From: a virus
IMG/VR virus record: IMGVR_UViG_3300045988_154040
Reading direction: 5' to 3' (one strand)
DNA: 64,000 bases
Shown here: positions 26,473 to 34,319 of the stretch, piece after piece
How the letters are laid out: every line of letters starts with the position of its first letter
Position numbering within the stretch: the first letter of the stretch is position 1
Program-made: the position numbers and the translations under genes
Notes under the pieces: model-generated
Told to the model about the DNA's origin: nothing
The model's input: only the letters and a program-made list of their open reading frames with translations
Database searches by the model: none

Positions 26473-26673
26473 TTATTTATTTCCTTTCTCATTTTTATTT
26501 GTAAATAATCCTGGTTCATATTGTCTAGCACATCTCATAGCCATTACATACTGACATTTATGAATTCCTTCCATAAAATCTTTTTGTTCATCAGGATGTT
26601 GAGAATCTAATTCTAAAAATACATTCCAACATCTAGTTAATAAGGACATTATCATCACTTCTTTTATTTTCAT
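26473..26673 (-). CDS. hypothetical protein
   Basis: 66 aa ORF. Confidence 0.35.
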   Translation of the reverse strand: MKIKEVMIMSLLTRCWNVFLELDSQHPDEQKDFMEGIHKCQYVMAMRCARQYEPGLFTNKNEKGNK

Positions 26674-26684
26674 TTTTTCTCCTT

Positions 26685-27503
26685 TTAAGCTAACTGTACA
26701 TTAAGCATTACATTTTTTACAGTATCTTCTGTATTATGAGCATATCTTTGTGTGGTGGAAATATCAGAATGGCATATAACATCTTTTGCTACATTAATAC
26801 CATATTCATTACATATTTCACTAACATAAGTATGTCTTAAGGTATGATTGCTAATATGCTCTTCAATATTAGCTTTACCAGCTACTTTACGCAACATTTT
26901 AGAAATACAATCCCTTCTCATGGGAGTTCCTTGATTACTAATAAATAAATTAGGAATATCAGAATCTTTACGTACTGCTATATAAGCATCTACTATTTTT
27001 CTACATTCTTCATTGAAATATATCTTTCTTTCTCTATTCCCTTTAATTTTAATAATTATTGTTTGGGAATAATACTGTTCCAAAGTTAAATTAATAAGTT
27101 CACTAACTCGCATACCAGTAGAAAGATAAATAGCTATAATAGCTTTATCTCTAGGATTAGTAGCTTCTTTTAATAAATTTTTAGCTTTTTCCATAGGTAC
27201 ATAATCTTTTTTCTTATTTTTGATACTTGGAGATTTTACTGACATAGCCGGGTTAAGAGATATAATACCAATTTCACAAAGAAAATCATAATAGCTTTTT
27301 ATTGCTGTAAGCTTTCTAGCTATTGTAGCACTTGCATACCCTCTTTTAACCATTTCAGATTTCCAGTCGTATATTTCTCCGTATGTAATTTTTGTTTCTT
27401 CTATATTAGTAAATTCAAAAAACTGATTAAGGTCATTTTCATAAGAAATTCTGGTATCTGCACTTTCAAAACCACCTAAAAATCTTTTAATATTTTTATT
27501 CAT
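26685..27503 (-). CDS. tyrosine recombinase / phage integrase family (XerC/D-like)
   Basis: Start moved to the ATG at 27503 (AAGGAGG upstream). Catalytic signature GMRVSEL (R), HTLRHTY (HxxR), STTQRYAH (Y). Confidence 0.8.
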   Translation of the reverse strand: MNKNIKRFLGGFESADTRISYENDLNQFFEFTNIEETKITYGEIYDWKSEMVKRGYASATIARKLTAIKSYYDFLCEIGIISLNPAMSVKSPSIKNKKKDYVPMEKAKNLLKEATNPRDKAIIAIYLSTGMRVSELINLTLEQYYSQTIIIKIKGNRERKIYFNEECRKIVDAYIAVRKDSDIPNLFISNQGTPMRRDCISKMLRKVAGKANIEEHISNHTLRHTYVSEICNEYGINVAKDVICHSDISTTQRYAHNTEDTVKNVMLNVQLA

Positions 27504-27531
27504 AAGTAATACCTCCTTAATTAATATACTT

Positions 27532-27560
27532 ATATTATCATATATTGAAAAGAAAGTCAA
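27532..27560 (-). promoter_or_regulatory. sigmaA-type promoter (TTGACT-17-TGATAATAT)
   Basis: Minus strand reads TTGACT (27560-27555), a 17-nt spacer ending in TGA, then TAATAT (27537-27532). It lies inside the over-long tracked ORF, upstream of the real recombinase start. Confidence 0.55.
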
Positions 27561-27579
27561 TACTTTTTGCGATATTTTT

Positions 27580-27607
27580 TTAAAAAGCACCTCTTATGAA
27601 GTGCTTT
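27580..27607 (-). terminator. weak hairpin at the 3' end of the upstream gene
   Basis: AAAGCAC (27584-27590) / GTGCTTT (27601-27607). Only a short U-run follows on the minus strand. Confidence 0.3.
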
Positions 27608-27920
27608 CTTTTTCTGCCTGTATCATACATTTATTTTTAAATTCTACATAATCTATTACTTCCACATTTTCATCTTTATCAGTAGAATATTGTGTTTTGG
27701 GTATTTCCATGCGACATTTCATAGGAGTATTTTCATTCCCAATTTCTAATATTAATTGATTAAATGTTCTTTTTAAAATATTTTCGCTACCTTGTTTTTG
27801 TTCTCTAAAAACAATAGCATTTCCACTCCACACAATAAATTCTACTTTGTATAAACTTGCAAAAAAATTAGCATTCCACAAATTTTTTAACATTTCTTCC
27901 ATGCTTATATTATCAAACAT
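27594..27920 (-). CDS. hypothetical protein
   Basis: 108 aa ORF. Confidence 0.4.
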   Translation of the reverse strand: MFDNISMEEMLKNLWNANFFASLYKVEFIVWSGNAIVFREQKQGSENILKRTFNQLILEIGNENTPMKCRMEIPKTQYSTDKDENVEVIDYVEFKNKCMIQAEKESTS

Positions 27921-27930
27921 ATTTTTGCCT

Positions 27931-28359
27931 CTACATTTCTAAATAATTTTCCCAGTAATACTCTAAATAATCATCTTGATATACTTCGGCAACTTCTCTT
28001 GTAGTATAGTTGTAACTAAAATTTACAAAGTTATTATTTTTCTTTTGAAGCCAATAAACCTCTACAATATTTCTGATTTTAGGTCTATCTATTTCAAAAA
28101 ATTTAGCCATCATATCAAAAATTTGTTCAGCTTCATATTGTGTTTCTGCCGCAATTATACAATGTTTTTTATTTTTAGTTCTATGTCCGCATTCTATATA
28201 CGTATAATAAAATGTATATAAATTAAAGCTAGGATTTTCCTCATTGTCTTTTTCATCTATTATTTCTCTTTGTCTTTGTTTCCACCTTTCATATTCATCT
28301 GAACTACCAAAATTCAAAGGCTTTTTTCTTATATAACTTTTTCTTGATTTACCGCTCAT
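27931..28359 (-). CDS. hypothetical protein
   Basis: Start moved to the ATG at 28359 (AAAGGAGAAAAAT upstream). 142 aa. Confidence 0.45.
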   Translation of the reverse strand: MSGKSRKSYIRKKPLNFGSSDEYERWKQRQREIIDEKDNEENPSFNLYTFYYTYIECGHRTKNKKHCIIAAETQYEAEQIFDMMAKFFEIDRPKIRNIVEVYWLQKKNNNFVNFSYNYTTREVAEVYQDDYLEYYWENYLEM

Positions 28360-28560
28360 ATTTTTCTCCTTTCTTATTATGTAAACAAAGAGGATACTCA
28401 CACGGCAAGCACCCCCTCCATTTTAGCATATATAACCAAATCCCTTATTGGGCGATTTGTTTTTCAACAATTGATTTTACATTCGACTACGCTGTCGATT
28501 AGCGGCTAAAAAATATATATTTTATTATTTATCATAAGGGCTTATCACGAATATCCTAAA

Positions 28561-28704
28561 TTAATGAATCAATAATGCACACACTGCAAAGAATCCAATC
28601 GCTACTCCACCGCCAATCATCGCGCCAGCCCAGACCATATTGATTGCATCACACACTATTTTTTTAATGTTTCCACAAAATGAACAAGACTTCAATTCTT
28701 CCAT
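28561..28704 (-). CDS. 47-aa small membrane protein
   Basis: ATG at 28704 with GGAGGAAAGGGAG upstream. MEELKSCSFCGNIKKIVCDAINMVWAGAMIGGGVAIGFFAVCALLIH has a C-terminal TM helix. Confidence 0.45.
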   Translation of the reverse strand: MEELKSCSFCGNIKKIVCDAINMVWAGAMIGGGVAIGFFAVCALLIH

Positions 28705-28764
28705 TTCGGCTCCCTTTCCTCCGGCTCTCTCGGAAATTTTAATTTTGTATCTCTTACAATAAAG

Positions 28765-28793
28765 AGTATATCATATACTTTATTATCTGTCAA
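28765..28793 (-). promoter_or_regulatory. sigmaA-type promoter (TTGACA-17-TGATATACT)
   Basis: Minus strand reads TTGACA (28793-28788), a 17-nt spacer ending in TGA, then TATACT (28770-28765). Confidence 0.55.
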
Positions 28794-28837
28794 TCACTTT
28801 TTCAAAAATTTTTAAATTTATTTTTTAAAATCCGGAA

Positions 28838-29425
28838 TTACTTTATATCTAATTCTTTTCTCAACTTTTGTAATAAATCTTTTATAATTCTATTAACATT
28901 AGATTGAGTTTGATTAATTTCCTCTGCAATTTCTCTTTGTTTGTATCCACTTATATGCATATAAAATATTTTTTTGTGATTGGGATTTTTGATATTTTCT
29001 ACAAAATTTTCTATAACTGTTTTTATAACAGTTTCATTTTCTATATCACAATTTTTATCTGGCAAGCAATCTAAAAAAATAATTTTTCCATCTTCGCTAT
29101 TATTCTTTATATTTTGATTATAAGAAACAAGATACTTTTGCGTCTCTCTATGTTGTGCACTATTTTTTCTCCATTCATTTTTTATTTCATTCCACATAAC
29201 AAAATAAGCATAACTAGAAAATTTATTACCTTTTTCTTCTTGGAAAGTTTGTGCCGCTCTTACTAATCCAATAGCCGCAATATCATAATAATCTTCTATA
29301 TTTAAATTATGTTGTCTTAAAAAAGAATATATAAGATTATGATTTTGCGTAATAAAATAATCTAGTTCATTTTTATATATAGGGGGTACTTTCAACGTTT
29401 CATTTCCTTTCTGAGTTTTAGACAA
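28838..29425 (-). CDS. second sigma-70 family sigma factor (phage-encoded)
   Basis: 195 aa. Region 2-like YDIAAIGLVRAAQTFQEEKGNKFSSYAYFVMWNEI and region 4 HTH-like ISGYKQREIAEEINQTQSNVNRII. The TTG start lacks an SD, so the start is uncertain. Confidence 0.65.
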   Translation of the reverse strand: MSKTQKGNETLKVPPIYKNELDYFITQNHNLIYSFLRQHNLNIEDYYDIAAIGLVRAAQTFQEEKGNKFSSYAYFVMWNEIKNEWRKNSAQHRETQKYLVSYNQNIKNNSEDGKIIFLDCLPDKNCDIENETVIKTVIENFVENIKNPNHKKIFYMHISGYKQREIAEEINQTQSNVNRIIKDLLQKLRKELDIK

Positions 29426-29480
29426 TCAAAAACGATTTGAATTTTATATGTCTAAAAACCGATTTAAATTTTCTGATATC

Positions 29481-29774
29481 TTATATATCAACAATTATTT
29501 TAAATCCTATTATGCCATTTTCCATATAATAAGGAATAATAGAATTATATTCTGTAGTACATATTACTCTTAACATACATTCGGCATAATCTTTTCCTGT
29601 CATATCACAAATTCTTCCTTTGTATAAAGTTTCACCTCCACACAAATTAAGAAGATGAAGTCCTTTTATGTTAGAAACTTCTAAATTAGGTGAATAACTT
29701 TTATTCTTACAAATAAATACATAAGTAGTATTATCCAACTTATTTAATATATCTACTAAAAATATATTCTCCAT
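29481..29774 (-). CDS. hypothetical protein
   Basis: 97 aa. AAAGAAAGGAAAA upstream of the ATG. Confidence 0.4.
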   Translation of the reverse strand: MENIFLVDILNKLDNTTYVFICKNKSYSPNLEVSNIKGLHLLNLCGGETLYKGRICDMTGKDYAECMLRVICTTEYNSIIPYYMENGIIGFKIIVDI

Positions 29775-29792
29775 AAAATTTTCCTTTCTTTA

Positions 29793-29970
29793 TTATTCTT
29801 TGTTTACTTTTCTAATTTTTATATCTTTTAAAAAAACAATAAAATTTTTATAATATTCAGATGCTTCTTTAAACCAAATAATATATCTAGCTTTAGGTAT
29901 TGATTCAGCCTCTACAAAATTTTTTTTGCTGATGCTCTACTGATTTTGATTCATAATAATAAATATTCAT
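29793..29970 (-). pseudogene. small ORF interrupted by a frameshift at an A8 run
   Basis: ATG at 29970 with AAAGGAGG upstream. The frame stops after 21 codons just past the A8 run (plus T8, 29920-29927). The +1 frame continues ..FVEAESIPKARYIIWFKEASEYYKNFIVFLKDIKIRKVNKE to 29793. Confidence 0.35.
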
Positions 29971-30054
29971 TTGCCTCCTTTCATACTTTCATAAAATCAT
30001 AAAAAATATTTTTTTGATATCATAATTAAAAATCCTGCTTATAAACTTTATTAT

Positions 30055-30083
30055 ACTATAACATAAAATAATAAAAATGTAAA
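30055..30083 (-). promoter_or_regulatory. sigmaA-type promoter (TTTACA-17-TATAGT)
   Basis: Minus strand reads TTTACA (30083-30078), a 17-nt spacer, then TATAGT (30060-30055). It heads the operon that ends with the second sigma gene. Confidence 0.45.
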
Positions 30084-30110
30084 GCAAAAAAATAAAAAAT
30101 AGAAAAACGG

Positions 30111-30198
30111 CTGGGATTTTTTTATTATCGCCATTACCTTTTTTCTATTTTTGTATATTTTCCCTGGAAATTTTTATTATCGCCATTCTGGGATTTTT
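30111..30198. repeat. direct repeats just upstream of the 30055-30083 promoter
   Basis: CTGGGATTTTTTTATTATCGCCATT (30111-30135) and CTGGAAATTTTTATTATCGCCATT (30164-30187), followed by a third CTGGGATTTTT (30188-30198). Confidence 0.6.
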
Positions 30199-30505
30199 AA
30201 CTTGTTCCCAATTTATACAAAGATTATATATGTATTATTTTTTACAAAAATATTTTTTATTTTTAAATTATCAGAATTTTCTGATTTTTTTAAAATTCAA
30301 AAATGTAATTTCTTTTTAAAGCTGTAACCTCTCATTTATATATATCCCGGTATAACAACGTATAAACGATTTGTAGCCGTTTAAACACATCCAATTAATA
30401 CTTTATCCATCAAGAACTTAAAGCGGCTTATTTTGCCTTGTACGGCCTTATAATCATTGGCCATTAACAAATTTTATTTCCATTAACGTTATTGCCTCCT
30501 AATTT

Positions 30506-31246
30506 TTATATCCATGCGTAACTGGATTTATTACGTGGTAAATCATATAACCATTGTAAAATTTCTTTTGGTACATCTTCTTTTATCCAGCCATGACCAT
30601 ATTTACACCCACATACAGGACAAGATTTACCTAATAATCCTAATTCATTTTCTGAGTAATTTATCCATCCTCTGGTTTTATGGTCTGTATTAGAGTGGCC
30701 TAAACAATTTTTCTCTGTATATTCATAACATTCACTGTCTGAAAATTCACTGCCATTATAAGATTTTTTCTCAAATGGTAAATTGTAAATTTTTGTTTCT
30801 TCCAAAGTAGGAAAAAATGGCTCATGATTTGCTAAACATTTTAAAGCACGATTTTTTGCTTCGTTTTGTTTTTCTCTGGTTTCTCTAGTAAGTTTATAAG
30901 TTTTTATTTCAACTTTTTCACTTGCCATTTTGTCCCATCCTAATTTTTTCATATGGCTACAATAGGGGCGCATATCGTTTAAATGCCATTCATCCCATAT
31001 GTCACAAAACTTCTGTAACATTTCAGGAGTCCATTCTTTTGTTGGTACTCCTTTTCTTATTTCATCTACACACTGACCGCAACTTCCCCAAGAATCTCCA
31101 TTTGATTTAGGACCAATTACACCGGTAATAGACAATCGTCCATCTTGATATTCGATTTTACAAAACGAATTTACAGGCCGTTCTTTGCCATTGTAAATAT
31201 ATACTTCGTTAGTACATGGGTTAATAACTCTCTTAAAATTTTTCAT
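30506..31246 (-). CDS. hypothetical protein (Cys/His-rich)
   Basis: 246 aa. No family recognised. CGQC and CPVCGC motifs. Confidence 0.45.
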   Translation of the reverse strand: MKNFKRVINPCTNEVYIYNGKERPVNSFCKIEYQDGRLSITGVIGPKSNGDSWGSCGQCVDEIRKGVPTKEWTPEMLQKFCDIWDEWHLNDMRPYCSHMKKLGWDKMASEKVEIKTYKLTRETREKQNEAKNRALKCLANHEPFFPTLEETKIYNLPFEKKSYNGSEFSDSECYEYTEKNCLGHSNTDHKTRGWINYSENELGLLGKSCPVCGCKYGHGWIKEDVPKEILQWLYDLPRNKSSYAWI

Positions 31247-31392
31247 TTTGATTTTCTCCTTTTCATATATGCGTTTATACGCTTTCTTTTCTCAATGCTA
31301 GAAGATATGACTTTACTTCGATATTCAGTTTTGAATTAGATTTTTTAGAATGTTGCTTTAGAACTTTGTGTTACTTTGTTGTTGATAAATAC

Positions 31393-31421
31393 ATGATATC
31401 ATATACATTTCTATATGTCAA
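31393..31421 (-). promoter_or_regulatory. sigmaA-type promoter (TTGACA-17-TGATATCAT)
   Basis: Minus strand reads TTGACA (31421-31416), a 17-nt spacer ending in TGA, then TATCAT (31398-31393). Confidence 0.55.
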
Positions 31422-31457
31422 TACTTTTTTTAAAATTTATTTTTAAAATTTTTGAGT

Positions 31458-31518
31458 AAAAGAAAAGGGCTAAATATCAGCCCCTTCCACGAAAAAAGGT
31501 GGTACACATGCACCACCT
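31458..31518 (-). terminator. tandem intrinsic terminators
   Basis: On the minus strand, AGGTGGTGCATGTGTACCACC+TTTTTT (about 31492-31518) is followed by AAGGGGCTGATATTTAGCCCTT+TTCTTTT (about 31458-31486). Both lie just downstream of the 31529 stop. Confidence 0.6.
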
Positions 31519-31528
31519 ATAAAATTGA

Positions 31529-31816
31529 TTATTGTACGTTGCTGATTACATCCATGACAATATCATCTGCCGTATTGTCGGGAGTATAATTGTCATGCAT
31601 TTTTAAGGTGACAGGCTCTCCCGGCAAAAAGTAACAGTTGTCCACTGTTACCGTGTCGCCGTCCGCCGTCTGAAACGTGCATACAAGGTCACTATTGCAA
31701 TCCAAGCAAACCGCCTGTAAAGTATAGCCTTGCGCCCATGTCTCCATCAATCCTGTTATAATCATGAATCCACCAACAATTCCCAAATTTACCATAAATT
31801 TTCTGAATTTTCTCAT
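31529..31816 (-). CDS. membrane-anchored or secreted small protein
   Basis: 95 aa. N-terminal TM/signal segment MVNLGIVGGFMIITGLM. The coding region is GC-richer than its neighbours. Confidence 0.45.
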   Translation of the reverse strand: MRKFRKFMVNLGIVGGFMIITGLMETWAQGYTLQAVCLDCNSDLVCTFQTADGDTVTVDNCYFLPGEPVTLKMHDNYTPDNTADDIVMDVISNVQ

Positions 31817-31819
31817 TAC

Positions 31820-32149
31820 TTATTCCTCACTTTCATCTTTTACATTTATTGCATTTATATATGCAATATTGGCAGTCTCTAAACTTCGTTGTGCAATCTC
31901 ATTCAACAATTTTCTGTTTTTTAGTGAAATTAAATGTAAATCTAACAATAAGTTAGATATCACATTAAAATTTTGGATATAAGGTTTACATTTTCCATAA
32001 ATAGTATGTTTATCCTCACCAATTTTCCTGCCATTTTGAGATACAATACAAATTACTCTCAAATCTTTTCTGATTTCTGCCAAAAGGCGTTTCTGTAACC
32101 AATTGGCAGAAATATTGACATTTTTTCTTTTCATGTTGATTTTTTTCAT
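31820..32149 (-). CDS. hypothetical protein
   Basis: 109 aa ORF. Confidence 0.4.
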   Translation of the reverse strand: MKKINMKRKNVNISANWLQKRLLAEIRKDLRVICIVSQNGRKIGEDKHTIYGKCKPYIQNFNVISNLLLDLHLISLKNRKLLNEIAQRSLETANIAYINAINVKDESEE

Positions 32150-32162
32150 TATTTATCCTCCA

Positions 32163-32345
32163 TCAATACCCCAACCATGAATATATACTATCTTTTTCTC
32201 CATTTATGAATACCTCACCGCCAACAACGGTGATAGTATCATAATTATCAGAAAACGCATAGTGATAAGCTTTAATCGTATCATTTTTACAATCAAATGA
32301 TACACCATGTCGAATTAACAGAAAACTTAACTCTTTTATAGACAT
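32163..32345 (-). CDS. hypothetical protein
   Basis: 60 aa ORF. Confidence 0.35.
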   Translation of the reverse strand: MSIKELSFLLIRHGVSFDCKNDTIKAYHYAFSDNYDTITVVGGEVFINGEKDSIYSWLGY

Positions 32346-32372
32346 TTTCTGAAACCTCCTTTGTCCTCCTTT

Positions 32373-32666
32373 TTATATACCTTTCCACACTATTAAACAG
32401 TCGTCCAATGATACCCGCTTACCATATGATATAAAATAATAATTGCCTGTTATGGTAGTTTTAAGCAACGACTTATGATAGGTTGTAACCTGTTTAAACT
32501 CTGGATATCCGTTGTTATTTGTGTCCCACAATGTAACTTCATGGGATTCTGACCAGTAGATATAATCCTCTATTCCAGATTCAATTCCGTGGATAGATAT
32601 ACCGCTTAAGCCTGTACTGTAAACGGCTTTTACATCATGTGTGGTGCAATACTCTTTTTTTGTCAT
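32373..32666 (-). CDS. hypothetical protein
   Basis: 97 aa. First gene of the minus operon that restarts after the ORF-poor island. Confidence 0.4.
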   Translation of the reverse strand: MTKKEYCTTHDVKAVYSTGLSGISIHGIESGIEDYIYWSESHEVTLWDTNNNGYPEFKQVTTYHKSLLKTTITGNYYFISYGKRVSLDDCLIVWKGI

Positions 32667-32798
32667 TGTGCTAACCTCCTATATCCTTTTTTTATATTTA
32701 GGATACGACAGAACGTCTATACCCTTTTGTATCTGATAGCGATACTTGACTTGCATATGTACTTGTGTTTTTTGTTGTGTCGTGCTGACCACGGTTAT

Positions 32799-32827
32799 AC
32801 AATATCATTTACACAATTTCCCGTCAA
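32799..32827 (-). promoter_or_regulatory. sigmaA-type promoter (TTGACG-17-TGATATTGT)
   Basis: Minus strand reads TTGACG (32827-32822), a 17-nt spacer ending in TGA, then TATTGT (32804-32799). Confidence 0.4.
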
Positions 32828-33344
32828 TATGTAAAAATAACCAAATTACAATTAATTTATTATACATAATCGCCAAAAATAAATAGTCCAAATGTTGCAA
32901 AAATCACGGTTAGTAATGACTACTATTACATTTGTATAAATTAGCACCCACACAATTTCAATTTATTATATATAATCACGTATCAAAAAATGCGCCTAAA
33001 AGTTATGCAATATGTATAATTACATATGACTAACCATGATTATGCACAAAAAACAGCGTCAAACAAATATAACTTATGTCTATTATTTATATTAGGAACT
33101 TGAAAAAGTAATCTGAAAAATCCCTATAAAATCAGAATTGATTAAATAGTGTCTCGTCCTTATTGCATAATTTAATTCATTTCCCCAAATAGATTTAATA
33201 TGGCCCAAATCTCGCTACTTTTTAAAAGAATTATCTGATAACTTATTGGGCCACTATACAATTCATTTTAAATCGTGTATGAAATTTGAAAAAATGTATA
33301 TAATTATAAACACAAAACTTAATATTTAAGGAGGAATAATATTT

Positions 33345-33641
33345 ATGAGTAACAAATATCAGACTATTAGAGAAATTTACATTGACCTTTACATCCGTAA
33401 TAAAGCTATTGTAAGGGCCAATAAAAAAGAAAAACCAGAGGACTTTCCTATTATTAAGGTAAACGGGAAACGGCTTATGCAGTTGTCCAGATTAAATTTT
33501 TTAAGGAGGAAAGAAATAGATAATGATTTTTCTAATGGTTTGCTAACTGATAAGGGATATGTGGAAGAAATGACTATTTGCCAATATATCAGTTATCAGA
33601 TAACAAATACGGAACATTCACAAAAAATTTTATTTGTTTAG
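33345..33641 (+). CDS. hypothetical protein (lone plus-strand gene in the island)
   Basis: 98 aa. AAGGAGGAATAATATTT precedes the ATG. Confidence 0.5.
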   Translation: MSNKYQTIREIYIDLYIRNKAIVRANKKEKPEDFPIIKVNGKRLMQLSRLNFLRRKEIDNDFSNGLLTDKGYVEEMTICQYISYQITNTEHSQKILFV

Positions 33642-33716
33642 TAATTTTTTACTAATAAAATCACGTCTTTCAGATTTTTTGTCTGTCTAGTTTTTTCTTA
33701 ATGTTTTATTATCTGT

Positions 33717-33801
33717 AAATTGTGTTTAGTGCTTCCCAAAACGTGCAGTATTTAAAAACAGATTTAGTACTGTACGATTACACAAGCACTAAACACAATT
33801 T
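33717..33801. other. 18-bp perfect inverted repeat with a 49-nt loop
   Basis: AAATTGTGTTTAGTGCTT (33717-33734) / AAGCACTAAACACAATTT (33784-33801). The loop holds an inner 7/8-bp stem GTGCAGTA..TACTGTAC. Confidence 0.7.
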
Positions 33802-34319
33802 GCCCCTACAATTTTTATAGTAATTTGTAATGGTTCAACTGTATATGCATTTAAGATAAAAGCATAATAAAAACCGCCAATGTCTGACAATTATGTAGTA
33901 TAGAATACTATGTTTAGTAGTTTCGATAGTGATAATATAGACTAAAAGGCCGGGAAAGGGCCTTTAAATGCGTTACAAGGCATGTTGACATAACATTGGC
34001 AGAGGTTCAATGGCCTATATATAATAATAGATTATAAATAAAAGGATGTGATAATGTGTGAGGTTATGTAAACCAATTATTAGCACTATCAATGGGTGAG
34101 TGCCAAAAGGTAAACAAATGATAACAATAAATAGATATGGATTATGGACAGTGATTTACATTTTGAGATTGGCGATTGTAAATATAGATTCATAATTCAT
34201 AATAGATGATAGTAAGCAAGTGCTGACTATATGGAGAGGGCAGAGGTACATATAATATAATATTATATAATATATAATATGAAAATGAAAATAGGAATTA
34301 TTATCGTTATGTTTCATGT

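Noticed and set aside
27504-27590. The 29-codon N-terminal extension of the recombinase ORF in the track. Similar extensions occur at 28360-28401, 9384-9458, 11879-11890 and 19948-19962.
   Set aside because: In each case an internal ATG with a strong SD is present. In the recombinase case a promoter lies inside the extension.
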